From contig JBBCKI010000072.1 of the NCBI GenBank assembly GCA_037190965.1, positions 1 to 64,000 on the forward strand: a DNA stretch of 64,000 nt. The letters run 5' to 3'. Positions 1-8,393 of this stretch are shown here, piece after piece. This DNA is from Chthoniobacteraceae bacterium (lineage in GTDB: Bacteria > Verrucomicrobiota > Verrucomicrobiia > Chthoniobacterales > Chthoniobacteraceae). Position 1 is the first letter of the stretch; each line of letters starts with the position of its first letter. A program made the translations under genes and the position numbers. The notes under the pieces were generated by a model, which was given only the letters and a program-made list of their open reading frames with translations, was not told the DNA's origin and made no database searches.

Positions 1-81
1 GGTTACACCCCAGTCTCCACTGAGATACTCGCTCATCAGTTTTACTCGTTCGCTCATCGCATCGGTTTGTTTCCAGGGCAT
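1..81 (-). CDS. IS481-family transposase, N-terminal part only (cut by the window edge)
   Basis: Hand translation MPWKQTDAMSERVKLMSEYLSGDWGVT matches the MPWK-x4-M-x-ER N-terminus of IS481-family transposases. A G-rich RBS lies upstream. Not in the ORF track. Confidence 0.8.
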   Translation of the reverse strand, partial: MPWKQTDAMSERVKLMSEYLSGDWGVT

Positions 82-141
82 CCCCCAGTTTGTAACCCAT
101 GTGTCCGGAAGAAACTGTCACCCTTGTGGTCGGAACGGACC
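1..141 (-). mobile_element. Left end of an IS481-family insertion sequence that runs off the window's left edge
   Basis: The minus strand reads GGTCCGTTCCGACCACAAGGGTGACA...CCGGACACATGGGTTACA. This gives two related subterminal motifs (+ strand TGTAACCCATGTGTCCGG and TGTCACCCTTGTGGTCGG) directly followed by a transposase start. The exact terminus is inferred. Confidence 0.75.
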
Positions 142-152
142 AAATCTTCCAA

Positions 153-234
153 CACCCCTGCCGGGTGAATCTCTCTTTTCCTAAGAGCCCGGTGGTTGTC
201 ACCACCGGCTAAAATCTTTCAACCCTCCGGGTTG
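153..234. repeat. REP-like cluster of three short hairpins
   Basis: CACCC-ctgcc-GGGTG (153-167), CCGGTGGT-tgtc-ACCACCGG (189-208), CAACCC-tcc-GGGTTG (220-234). Confidence 0.5.
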
Positions 235-313
235 GAAACTTGCCACATCGGCCTGAAACTGAAGCTTCGCAGGCTCGGCATTCCCAAAATCTTTGGAAAA
301 ATAGTGATTTTTT

Positions 314-344
314 CTCGTTCCCAAACTCGGAGTTTGGGAACGAG
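314..344. repeat. REP-like palindrome, CTCGTTCCCAA family (copy 1)
   Basis: Perfect 15-bp inverted repeat CTCGTTCCCAAACTC-g-GAGTTTGGGAACGAG. A degenerate half-element lies upstream at about 255-300. Related copies occur at 14789, 20690 and 39572. Confidence 0.8.
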
Positions 345-361
345 GGTGGTTTTGAGGGCGG

Positions 362-1360
362 CTATCCAGCTGAAGCCGCCGCCTGTGCGCTCAGCGCCTC
401 GCGGCTGGCGGCGATGACTCCCTCGGTGGTGAGGGATGCCTCGCCGGAGCGGCCCGCCACGCAGAGAAGGAAATCGACAAGGTATTTCCTGTTGGCTTTC
501 TCTGGCGCGGGGATAAACCGGGGGGTGTCGTCTTCGTCGGTAACCACCCTTACTTCCTTCGCCCCGTAGTTGGCGGAGGCAACGCCTTTGGTGCCGTGGA
601 TCGTGATTTGCCAGTAGTTCGGTTCCTGGAAACCGAGCTTGGTGGGGGCGAGATAGGAGAAATCGGCGAGAAACCCCGCGCCGTTTTCGAGGCGCGCCAT
701 GAGCTGTGCGGAGTCCTTGAAATGCGGGTAAGGCGTTGCCCTGGCGTTCCAATCGCGTGCGGCGAGCACTTCAGCCACGCGGCTGCCGGTCATCCAGGGG
801 ATGATGTCAAACGCGTGGATGCCGATGTCGTTGATCGTTCCGCCGTGGCAGCCGGGGATGAAGTACCAGGCCGGGCGTTTGCCGAGGTTCAGGGGATGCT
901 GGGCGGTGACATTGACGGTAACGACTTCGCCAATGAGCCCGGAGCGGACGGCATCGCGTAGGCCGAGCATCGAAGCGGCGTCACGCAGGTCGAGTTGAGC
1001 ACCAACCTGAAGGCCCTTTTCTTTCGCAAGGCGTTCGATTTCGTTGAGTTCCTCCAGCCGCGTGCAGATCGGCTTGTCGCTGATGACATGCTTTCCGGCC
1101 TTGAGGGCGGCAATCAGAAGGCGGCCCCGCTTTTCGTAATAGTCGCCGGTGACGATGACATCGCACGGAACTTCCGCAAGCATTGTTTCGTAGCAGTCGT
1201 GGGTGGGAATCGCGACCCCATCTGCCGCGAGCTGTTTGCGGGTGGCTTCGTCCTCTTCGCAAAGGGCAACGATTTCCACCTCGGGGTTTTCGCGGGCTCC
1301 GGCAAGAAGATCAAAGATGTGTCCGTGGCGGAAGCCAACGAAGGCAAAACGTGTTTTCAT
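362..1360 (-). CDS. Gfo/Idh/MocA family oxidoreductase
   Basis: Rossmann start MKTRFAFVGFRHGH, AGKHVISDKP motif and GGTINDIGIH. Start moved to the ATG at 1360, just after the larA stop. Confidence 0.88.
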   Translation of the reverse strand: MKTRFAFVGFRHGHIFDLLAGARENPEVEIVALCEEDEATRKQLAADGVAIPTHDCYETMLAEVPCDVIVTGDYYEKRGRLLIAALKAGKHVISDKPICTRLEELNEIERLAKEKGLQVGAQLDLRDAASMLGLRDAVRSGLIGEVVTVNVTAQHPLNLGKRPAWYFIPGCHGGTINDIGIHAFDIIPWMTGSRVAEVLAARDWNARATPYPHFKDSAQLMARLENGAGFLADFSYLAPTKLGFQEPNYWQITIHGTKGVASANYGAKEVRVVTDEDDTPRFIPAPEKANRKYLVDFLLCVAGRSGEASLTTEGVIAASREALSAQAAASAG

Positions 1361-1377
1361 GATTTGGGTTGGATGAT

Positions 1378-2646
1378 TTAGGCGAGGTACGGAATGGTCA
1401 GCGGCCCTTGAGGGAGCACGGCCACGCGGGCATCGGGCGGCAGCTTCGCGAGGCGTTCGCGAACCGCTTCGGCAATGTCGGGGCAGGGGGTCAGATGGGC
1501 CGCGCGGACCCCTTCTTCGCTCAGCATACTGTAAAGCAGCACCTCGGCGTTGCGTTGGATGATCGCCTGGATCTGCGCGCTCCATTGGTCGATCTCCCGG
1601 AAGCCGGGGGTGGAAATGAGAGCGATCAACTCTGCCGGGCTCTTGGCGCGGTGCAGGAGCTTTTCAAAATGGCTGTTGTGGGGGAGACCGTCGGAACACT
1701 CGGCGGCCAGGATGATCGTGCCGCCCGGCTTGACGATGCGCGCGGCGGCGCTCATCCCTTTCACCCCCTGGTAGAGATTCTGGTCGAGGGGGTAGCCGCT
1801 GGCGGTGGTGATGACGATGTCGTAAGGCGCTTCCTGCCTCTGCATCGCGGAGGCGCGGACAAATTCGATGCCGACCTTGTGCGCGGCCATCAGGTCGCCC
1901 GCGAAGATCCCGGTGATTTCCTTCTTTTCATTCAAGGCGACGTTGACGAGAAAGCTCGGCCCGACCCGCAGGGCGATGTCGCGCATTTCTTCCCAGATCG
2001 GGTTTCCCTCGGTGATGCCGAAGGCGGAGCGGGGGTCGCCGATGTTGCGCGCGCCGTGGTTGCTCATCACTGTCTCGACATGCGCGACGCCGGGCATGAT
2101 CCCCTTGGGGCCGCCGCTGAACCCGGCGAAAAAGTGAGGCTCGATAAACCCGGTGATGATCCGCACATCGGCCACGGCCAGATGCCGGTTGATCCAGGCA
2201 GGCGTGCCCGTATTGGTGACGCCGAACTGAACGCACGCGTCGACGTTCTCGGGTTCGTGATTGAGCACGCGATAATCCGCGACGACGGCGGGCGTCAGAA
2301 GCTCTTCCAGTTCCGCCTGGGTATTGGGGCGATGAGTGCCGAGGCCGTTGAGGAGGATGATGTTCTCCCGGGTGGCGCCCGCACTTTCCAGATATTCAAG
2401 CAGCCACGGGATGAGGCGTTCGTTGGGAGTGGCGCGGGTGATGTCGGTGAAGACGATGCAGATCTTCTTGTCCGGCCCGATGGCGGAAGCCAGCGATCCG
2501 GTGCCGATCGGCTGATCGAGCGCCGCGAGCAAGGCGGCTCGTTCGTCGGGCAACCCGTTTTGATGGGTCGGTTCGATGACGGTGGTTCGATCTGCGGGGA
2601 GCGCCACTTCAAGGACGCCGCGTCCGTAGGCCAGGGAGACATTCAT
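1378..2646 (-). CDS. larA: Nickel-pincer-dependent lactate racemase family protein
   Basis: Motifs DITRATP, GLGTHR, NH, EPHFFAGFSGGPKGIMPG, SNH, GYPLDQNLYQGVKG and DQW. Confidence 0.92.
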   Translation of the reverse strand: MNVSLAYGRGVLEVALPADRTTVIEPTHQNGLPDERAALLAALDQPIGTGSLASAIGPDKKICIVFTDITRATPNERLIPWLLEYLESAGATRENIILLNGLGTHRPNTQAELEELLTPAVVADYRVLNHEPENVDACVQFGVTNTGTPAWINRHLAVADVRIITGFIEPHFFAGFSGGPKGIMPGVAHVETVMSNHGARNIGDPRSAFGITEGNPIWEEMRDIALRVGPSFLVNVALNEKKEITGIFAGDLMAAHKVGIEFVRASAMQRQEAPYDIVITTASGYPLDQNLYQGVKGMSAAARIVKPGGTIILAAECSDGLPHNSHFEKLLHRAKSPAELIALISTPGFREIDQWSAQIQAIIQRNAEVLLYSMLSEEGVRAAHLTPCPDIAEAVRERLAKLPPDARVAVLPQGPLTIPYLA

Positions 2647-2714
2647 GGTGAGCGGGGAGAGTAACCAAGTAGTCCCGTCTTGGCAAAGCCTCCCTTTTGC
2701 CTTTTCGTGGAGGG

Positions 2715-4793
2715 ATGGCTTTCGAAGACAACCGCCTCCTCTTCGGGCATGACCCGGAGCCTCGCCTTATCGCGGTCGAACTTTCGGCCCCCGATGCCGT
2801 CGATCTTCTCTTTCGCAAGGAGGACGGCACCCTGGGCAGACGCACCGAACCGTTGCGACCGGTGATCTGGACGGCGGGGAGTGTCCCCGTCGCGCAGGTG
2901 GAATACCGGACGCTGGCGGGCGATCTCGCGCTAGGGTTCCTGGCGGAATGCGACGATTGGCCCGCGTTCATCAAGCTCCGCTCGGAGTTGAAGACGGCGG
3001 GGATGCCTCACCACGCCCCGGGCGATCCGGCGCACCAGTTTCTCCTTCAGTCGGGCAAGACGCTTTTCAAAGGGTTGGCCTTTGACGATCTATGCCGATT
3101 GCAGCTTTGGGTAAAAACCGGGGAGGGCGGGAGCATCGAGGCGGTGGCGCTTGCCGACAACCGGGGGTGGCAGGAGAATCTGACGGTCGACCCGGAGGAC
3201 AAGGGCGGGGAGCGCTCCCTGCTTGAAAAGTTAAGCGCCGTCATTGCGGAGCGCGATCCGGATGTCATCGAGGGGCATGATCTTTTTCGTTCCACGTTGA
3301 ATCAGATCGCCGGGCGTGCCAAGCGGGTGCGGCTGAAGCTCCCTTGGGGACGTGACGGGAGTCTCCTTGCCAGCCGCGCTTCGCGGCTCCAGATCGCGGA
3401 GAAGACCGTCGGCTACCCGAAATTCACGGCATGGGGGCGTCACTTTGTCGACACCTTCGTGCTGGCATTGACCTGGGATGTCAACGCGCGCGAGTTGGAG
3501 GGGACGACCCTGGAGGAGGTGGCGGCCCACTTCCATCTAACGGGCGAACCGGTGACGCAGATTCGCGCACTTTCCGAAATGCTGGGGGCGAGCGATTTCA
3601 TCCAGGCCCAGATATTTCCTTACTCGTTTCAGGATGTGGTGCTTCGCGGCAAGGCGACGAAGATCGACGCGCTCTTTCTGCGTGAATACTTCCGGCAGGG
3701 GCATTCGATTCCCAATCCGCCGGAGACTCGCTCTTTCGAGGGTGGGTACACCGATGTCTTCTTCACCGGCGTCGCGCGCGATGTCTGGCATTGCGACGTG
3801 GCGTCGCTCTACCCGTCGGTGATGTTGCAGTTCGATTGTTTTCCCGCCAACGACCGGTTGGGGATCTTTCGCGATTTGCTGCACGACCTGCGGCAGTTCC
3901 GCTACGAAGCCAAGTCCCGGCTGCGGCAGGCGATCGAGCCCGGGGAGCGGCATCACCTCGGCGCGCTTCAGGCGGCATTCAAGGTTTTGATCAACAGCTT
4001 TTACGGCTACCTCGGGTTTGCGCAGGGCCACTTTGCGGATTTCGACGCGGCGAGCCGGGTGACGCAGACGGGACGCGATCTTCTGCGCCAGATGGTGGAG
4101 TGGCTGCGGACGCAAGGCGCGGGGGTGATCGAGATCGACACCGACGGCATCTACTTCACCCCGCCCGCCGGGGCGACCCCGGAGGGACTCCAGGCGGGCC
4201 TTGCGGCAACGTTGCCGCCGGGGATCGAGGTCGATTTTGACGCCCGCTACCCGGCGATGTTCAGCTACAAGGCGAAGAACTATGCCCTGTTGACCGGGGA
4301 GGGGGATCTCATCCTGCGTGGCGGCGCGTTGCGCTCCCGGGGGTTGGAGAAATTTCAGCGGCTCTTTTTGGAGCGAATGCTGCGCGCGCTGCTGGAGGGA
4401 ACGCCGGAAAAATTCACCGCGTTGCGGGAGGAGTTCGAGGGGGCGATTCGCGGCCGCAAATGGCCCATCGAGTGGTTGATGAAGTGCGACACGCTCCAGG
4501 ACTCGCTGGCCCAGTATGCGCGCAAGATCGAAGGAAGCGCGCGGAATCGTTCGGCCGCCTATGAGCTAGCCTTGCGGAGCGGTCGACCGTACCAGCCAGG
4601 CGATCAGGTTAGCTATTACATTACCGGTACGAAAAAAGCCGTCGCTGCTTATGAAAACAGCCGTCTGGTGGAGGAATGGAACCCAGCGGAGCGAGATGAA
4701 AACGTGGAGTATTACGCGGCAAAACTTAATGAATTGGCGCGACGATTCGCCGAGCATTTTGCGCCACCTCCACAGCAGGGAGAGCTGTTGTAA
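2715..4793 (+). CDS. polB: Family B DNA polymerase (Pol II-like) with a degenerate exonuclease domain
   Basis: Motif A DVASLYPS, motif B KVLINSFYGYLG, motif C IDTDGIY, and a C-terminal QQGELL. GGAGG RBS before the ATG at 2715. Confidence 0.92.
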   Translation: MAFEDNRLLFGHDPEPRLIAVELSAPDAVDLLFRKEDGTLGRRTEPLRPVIWTAGSVPVAQVEYRTLAGDLALGFLAECDDWPAFIKLRSELKTAGMPHHAPGDPAHQFLLQSGKTLFKGLAFDDLCRLQLWVKTGEGGSIEAVALADNRGWQENLTVDPEDKGGERSLLEKLSAVIAERDPDVIEGHDLFRSTLNQIAGRAKRVRLKLPWGRDGSLLASRASRLQIAEKTVGYPKFTAWGRHFVDTFVLALTWDVNARELEGTTLEEVAAHFHLTGEPVTQIRALSEMLGASDFIQAQIFPYSFQDVVLRGKATKIDALFLREYFRQGHSIPNPPETRSFEGGYTDVFFTGVARDVWHCDVASLYPSVMLQFDCFPANDRLGIFRDLLHDLRQFRYEAKSRLRQAIEPGERHHLGALQAAFKVLINSFYGYLGFAQGHFADFDAASRVTQTGRDLLRQMVEWLRTQGAGVIEIDTDGIYFTPPAGATPEGLQAGLAATLPPGIEVDFDARYPAMFSYKAKNYALLTGEGDLILRGGALRSRGLEKFQRLFLERMLRALLEGTPEKFTALREEFEGAIRGRKWPIEWLMKCDTLQDSLAQYARKIEGSARNRSAAYELALRSGRPYQPGDQVSYYITGTKKAVAAYENSRLVEEWNPAERDENVEYYAAKLNELARRFAEHFAPPPQQGELL

Positions 4794-4849
4794 ACAACCC
4801 TTCGGGGGCATACGCGCAGGGAAGATTTACGATCCGATTGACCCTATGG

Positions 4850-4972
4850 ATGAAGGCGCTACTCTCCCGTTTGAGGCACACACTCCCCCCGCCAGAAATG
4901 GAAATCGTTCCGCCACTGGTTGGCGCGGCGCTTTTTGCAGCCACGATCCTGCATTGGCTGGCGGAGCAGTGA
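4850..4972 (+). CDS. Possible 40-aa small membrane protein
   Basis: Hand translation MKALLSRLRHTLPPPEMEIVPPLVGAALFAATILHWLAEQ has one hydrophobic segment. No clear RBS. Confidence 0.25.
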   Translation: MKALLSRLRHTLPPPEMEIVPPLVGAALFAATILHWLAEQ

Positions 4973-4980
4973 CCCTCATC

Positions 4981-5123
4981 AGGTAGCCCGCTCGCGCCGT
5001 CGAGCGCGGTATCGGCTCCGCGTCGTGAGGAGCGAATCCCAACACCAGCAGCCCGTCCTGCGGGGATGAGCGCCAAACGCGCCCGTAAACCCATCCCGCG
5101 CTCTCGGCGAGAGCGGGCTACCT
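4981..5123. repeat. Inverted pair of GTAG-type REP palindromes (REPIN-like)
   Basis: AGGTAGCCCGCTCGCGCCGTCGAGCGCGG (4981-5009) and its near reverse complement CCGCGCTCTCGGCGAGAGCGGGCTACCT (5096-5123). Each is a GTAG foot plus a hairpin. Confidence 0.7.
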
Positions 5124-5218
5124 TGCCGGTCCTTCCGAATCGGTGATTTTGCCGTCATGCACTCCTTCCCTTCATCGAACGTGCTTGCGTTTTGTGTCAT
5201 GTTCGTTGAACTGATTCG

Positions 5219-5872
5219 ATGTTCCACTCTCTCATCGCGCTTTGGTTCAGTTGGGTCAGTCAATGGGGTTATCTCGGGGTCATCGTTTTGATGGCGATGG
5301 AGAGTTCGATTTTTCCGGTTCCCAGCGAGGTGGTTATCCCGCCTGCCGCCTTCTACGCGGCTCAGGGGAAGATGAGTTTCTGGGGGGTGGTCTGGGCGGG
5401 GACATTCGGTTCGTGGCTCGGTTCTGCGATCACTTATCTTTTTGCCCGCTGGTTGGGGCGCGCCTTCATTGCGAGGTTTGGGCGCTACTTTTTGATCAGC
5501 GAGAAGAAACTCGAACTCGCGGAGACCTGGATCCATCGCTATGAGGCGGGCGGCATCTTCTTCGCGCGGCTGCTGCCGGTGGTTCGCCATTTGATTTCCA
5601 TTCCCGCCGGGATCGTGAGGATGAATTTCCTCACCTTTAGCATCATGACCACGATCGGCGCGTTCATCTGGTGCTGGGTACTGGCTTATCTTGGTAATGC
5701 GGCATACCAGGCGCAGCCGGACCTGATCAATGACCCGGAAGCAATGATTTCCTTTATCAAGACGAAGTCGCTCTGGATCGTTGGCTCCATCGCCGCATTG
5801 GCCGCGCTCTATTTCCTGGTGCTGAAGCTAACCGCAAAGCCCACCCCGGCGGCCGAGGGAGAGATTGGTTAA
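5219..5872 (+). CDS. DedA family membrane protein
   Basis: Motifs MAMESSIFPVPSEVV and FFARLLPVVRHLISIPAG. Confidence 0.93.
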   Translation: MFHSLIALWFSWVSQWGYLGVIVLMAMESSIFPVPSEVVIPPAAFYAAQGKMSFWGVVWAGTFGSWLGSAITYLFARWLGRAFIARFGRYFLISEKKLELAETWIHRYEAGGIFFARLLPVVRHLISIPAGIVRMNFLTFSIMTTIGAFIWCWVLAYLGNAAYQAQPDLINDPEAMISFIKTKSLWIVGSIAALAALYFLVLKLTAKPTPAAEGEIG

Positions 5873-5910
5873 TACCCCGGAAGAGCCCCGGGCTCCCGAA
5901 TCCTCTTTGT

Positions 5911-6543
5911 ATGTCCAGCTTGCCGCGCGAGTTCTTCCGGCGCGACCCGCTTGTTTGCGCGAAGGAACTGGTGGGGTGCGAGTTGTTCTGGGGCGAGTGC
6001 GCCGGGGTGGTCGTGGAGACGGAGGCTTACGCCGCCGTGGGGGATGAAGCCTCGCACGCCTTCTTTCGGCCCAGCACACGCGCCTTCATGGCGGGGAATC
6101 CCCCCGGCTCCGCGTATGTCTATTTCAACTATGGGGTGCATTGGATGCTCAATGTCCTCGTCAAGGGGAACGATCTTGAAGAAGACTCGCCGGAGAATGG
6201 GATCGTGCTGATCCGCGCGGCGGAGCCGTTGCGAGGTGTGGCTCTCATGCGGGAGCGGCGCGGCAGGGAGTCGCTGCGGGATCTTTGTTCCGGGCCCGGA
6301 AAGTTGACCTGTGCTTTCGGGATCACCGGCGCGGATCATTGCCTTGATCTGACGAAGGGCAACGCCGGTTTTCGCCCCCGTGGCGGATTGGTGGAGGTGG
6401 AGACCGACGAACGTATCGGAATCTCCCGATCGACTCATCTTCCCTGGCGGTTCCTGCTCAAGGGAAGTCCCTTTGTGAGCGTGAGAGCGGGGAAGGGAAG
6501 AGGAAAAACGAAAGGCCAGACCGGGGTACGGTCTGGCCCTTGA
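5911..6543 (+). CDS. mpg: DNA-3-methyladenine glycosylase (MPG/AAG family)
   Basis: Motifs VVETEAY, AYVYFNYGVHWMLNV, VLIRAAEP, CSGPGKL, RIGIS and PWRF. Confidence 0.93.
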   Translation: MSSLPREFFRRDPLVCAKELVGCELFWGECAGVVVETEAYAAVGDEASHAFFRPSTRAFMAGNPPGSAYVYFNYGVHWMLNVLVKGNDLEEDSPENGIVLIRAAEPLRGVALMRERRGRESLRDLCSGPGKLTCAFGITGADHCLDLTKGNAGFRPRGGLVEVETDERIGISRSTHLPWRFLLKGSPFVSVRAGKGRGKTKGQTGVRSGP

Positions 6544-6579
6544 CAGAAATCTAAGTTTCGACGGTTCGAAAACCGTGAC

Positions 6580-6699
6580 CTACTTGGCGTAGGTCGAAGC
6601 GGTCGTCGTCGTGGTCGTGGTCGCGCAGCGCTTGTTGGCGCAGGCACTGAGGCTCAGAGCGAAGGCTGCGGCAGCGAGGATAGTGATGGCTTTGATCAT
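6580..6699 (-). CDS. 39-aa small lipoprotein
   Basis: Hand translation MIKAITILAAAAFALSLSA-CANKRCATTTTTTTASTYAK: a signal peptide with an LSAC lipobox and host-like GC-ending codons. Below the ORF track cutoff. Confidence 0.8.
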   Translation of the reverse strand: MIKAITILAAAAFALSLSACANKRCATTTTTTTASTYAK

Positions 6700-6796
6700 A
6701 ACTGGTTTGATGTGTTGCAGGTTGCGGGGCTTGTTTAGAGCCACCGGGGGCGACGATGCAACGTTTTTTGCAGGGAAAACCTGATGTTTTTAAAAA

Positions 6797-7285
6797 TCAG
6801 GCCGAAAGCGGCCCCGATTCGGCGATTTCCACCTCGGTTCCCGGCGTTACCAGATCAAAAAGCGAGGCCACGTCAGCGTTGCGCATGCGGATGCAGCCAT
6901 GGCTGCTCGGTTCTCCGATGCGCTCTTCGTGGTTGGTGCCGTGGATGTAGATGTACCGTTCCCGGGTATTGGCGTTGTGCGGCTCCAGACCGTCGAGCCA
7001 AAGGATGCGGGAAACCACGAGATCCTCGGGATCCTCCGGGCTTACAAAGGGAACAATCTCCCCTGTCGGGACGCGCCCCTTGAAAACCGCCCCCAGCGGC
7101 GCGTTCCCTCCGATCATCTCCGCCACGGCGAATCGCCCCAACGGGGTCTTGAGACTTCCCGGCTCGGTTCCCAGCCCGAATCCCGAGCTGGAAATGGGAA
7201 AACTTACCAAAAGTTGCCCGCCATCGAGGAGGTCGAGGCGCTGCGCGGAAATATCCACCCGGATTTTGCGTGGGAAAGATTGCAT
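6797..7285 (-). CDS. L,D-transpeptidase (YkuD domain)
   Basis: KTPLGRF and the catalytic motif IYIHGT...SSHGCIRM. Confidence 0.92.
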   Translation of the reverse strand: MQSFPRKIRVDISAQRLDLLDGGQLLVSFPISSSGFGLGTEPGSLKTPLGRFAVAEMIGGNAPLGAVFKGRVPTGEIVPFVSPEDPEDLVVSRILWLDGLEPHNANTRERYIYIHGTNHEERIGEPSSHGCIRMRNADVASLFDLVTPGTEVEIAESGPLSA

Positions 7286-7338
7286 GGTTGCAGGTTGGTT
7301 ATATGATTCGAAACCTTTTTACAGGGAGCAATATAAAC

Positions 7339-8337
7339 ATGAGCCGAAACTACACCGTCGCAATCGTCGGCGCCACTGGCGCTGTCGGCGTCGAAATGAT
7401 CCAAGTCCTCGAACGCCGCAATTTTCCCGTGGGCAGCCTCAAACTGCTCGCCTCCGCCCGCTCGGCGGGGAAAACGCAGACCTTCAAGGGGACGACGGTG
7501 ACGGTGGAGGAACTCCGTGAAGATTCGTTCGCCGGCGTGGATATCGCTCTCTTTAGCGCGGGCGGGGATATTTCCCGGCACTACGCGCCGCTGGCCGTCA
7601 AGTCGGGCGCGGTGGTCGTGGATAACTCTTCCGCCTTCCGCATGGACGAGACAGTGCCGCTCGTGGTTCCCGAGATCAACGGGAACGACGTCAAAGGGCA
7701 TCGCGGGATCATTGCAAACCCGAACTGCACCACCGCCATTACGCTCATGGCGCTCAATCCGCTGCATCGCGCCTTTGGCGTGAAGCGAGTGATCGCGTCG
7801 AGCTATCAGGCGGTTTCCGGCACCGGGGCGCAGGCCATCGAGGAACTTCGCTCGCAGGTCGAGTCGATCGCCGCAGGCCAGACGCCCGCCAAGAAGGTTT
7901 ATCCGCACCAGATCGCCTTCAACGTTCTGCCGCATGTCGATTCCTTCCTCGACACCGGCTACACCAAGGAGGAGATGAAGATGCAGAACGAAGCGCGCCG
8001 CATCATGCACCTGCCCGAGTTCAAGGCCTCCGTGACGTGCGTGCGCGTGCCGGTCTACCGGGCGCATTCCGTGGCGGTGAACGCCGAATTTGAGCGTCCC
8101 GTCTCCCTGGCCGAAGCGCGCGACGTGCTCGCCAAGGGGCCGGGCCTCCGGTTGCTCGACGACCCCGCCAATAACGGGTATCCGCTGCCGCTCAATGTCG
8201 CTGGGCAGGACGACTGCGAAGTCGGCCGCCTGCGCCTCGATTGCGCGCTTGATAACGGCCTCGCCTTCTGGGTGGTGGGTGACCAACTCCTCAAGGGCGC
8301 GGCTCTCAACGCCGTCCAGATTGCCGAGTTGATCTAG
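7339..8337 (+). CDS. asd: Aspartate-semialdehyde dehydrogenase
   Basis: Motifs VAIVGATGAVG, DNSSAFRM, NPNCTT, SYQAVSG, CVRVPV and GDQLLKGAALNAVQIAE. Confidence 0.97.
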   Translation: MSRNYTVAIVGATGAVGVEMIQVLERRNFPVGSLKLLASARSAGKTQTFKGTTVTVEELREDSFAGVDIALFSAGGDISRHYAPLAVKSGAVVVDNSSAFRMDETVPLVVPEINGNDVKGHRGIIANPNCTTAITLMALNPLHRAFGVKRVIASSYQAVSGTGAQAIEELRSQVESIAAGQTPAKKVYPHQIAFNVLPHVDSFLDTGYTKEEMKMQNEARRIMHLPEFKASVTCVRVPVYRAHSVAVNAEFERPVSLAEARDVLAKGPGLRLLDDPANNGYPLPLNVAGQDDCEVGRLRLDCALDNGLAFWVVGDQLLKGAALNAVQIAELI

Positions 8338-8393
8338 TGTCCAGTCAACACTAGGATTGCTTTCGATCCGCAGCCTTTTATTGTCTCTGCTTT

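Noticed and set aside
1369..2664. Long antisense ORFs, here and at 7204-8286, 20863-21906, 22050-23840, 26427-27578, 32960-34270, 43604-44662 and 58144-59478
   Set aside because: These are shadow frames of well-supported genes, expected from GC-rich codon bias, and they carry no recognisable motifs.
6555..6580. tRNA fragment (GGTTCGAA)
   Set aside because: No cloverleaf. It is a short ACGGTT-cgaa-AACCGT hairpin between convergent genes.
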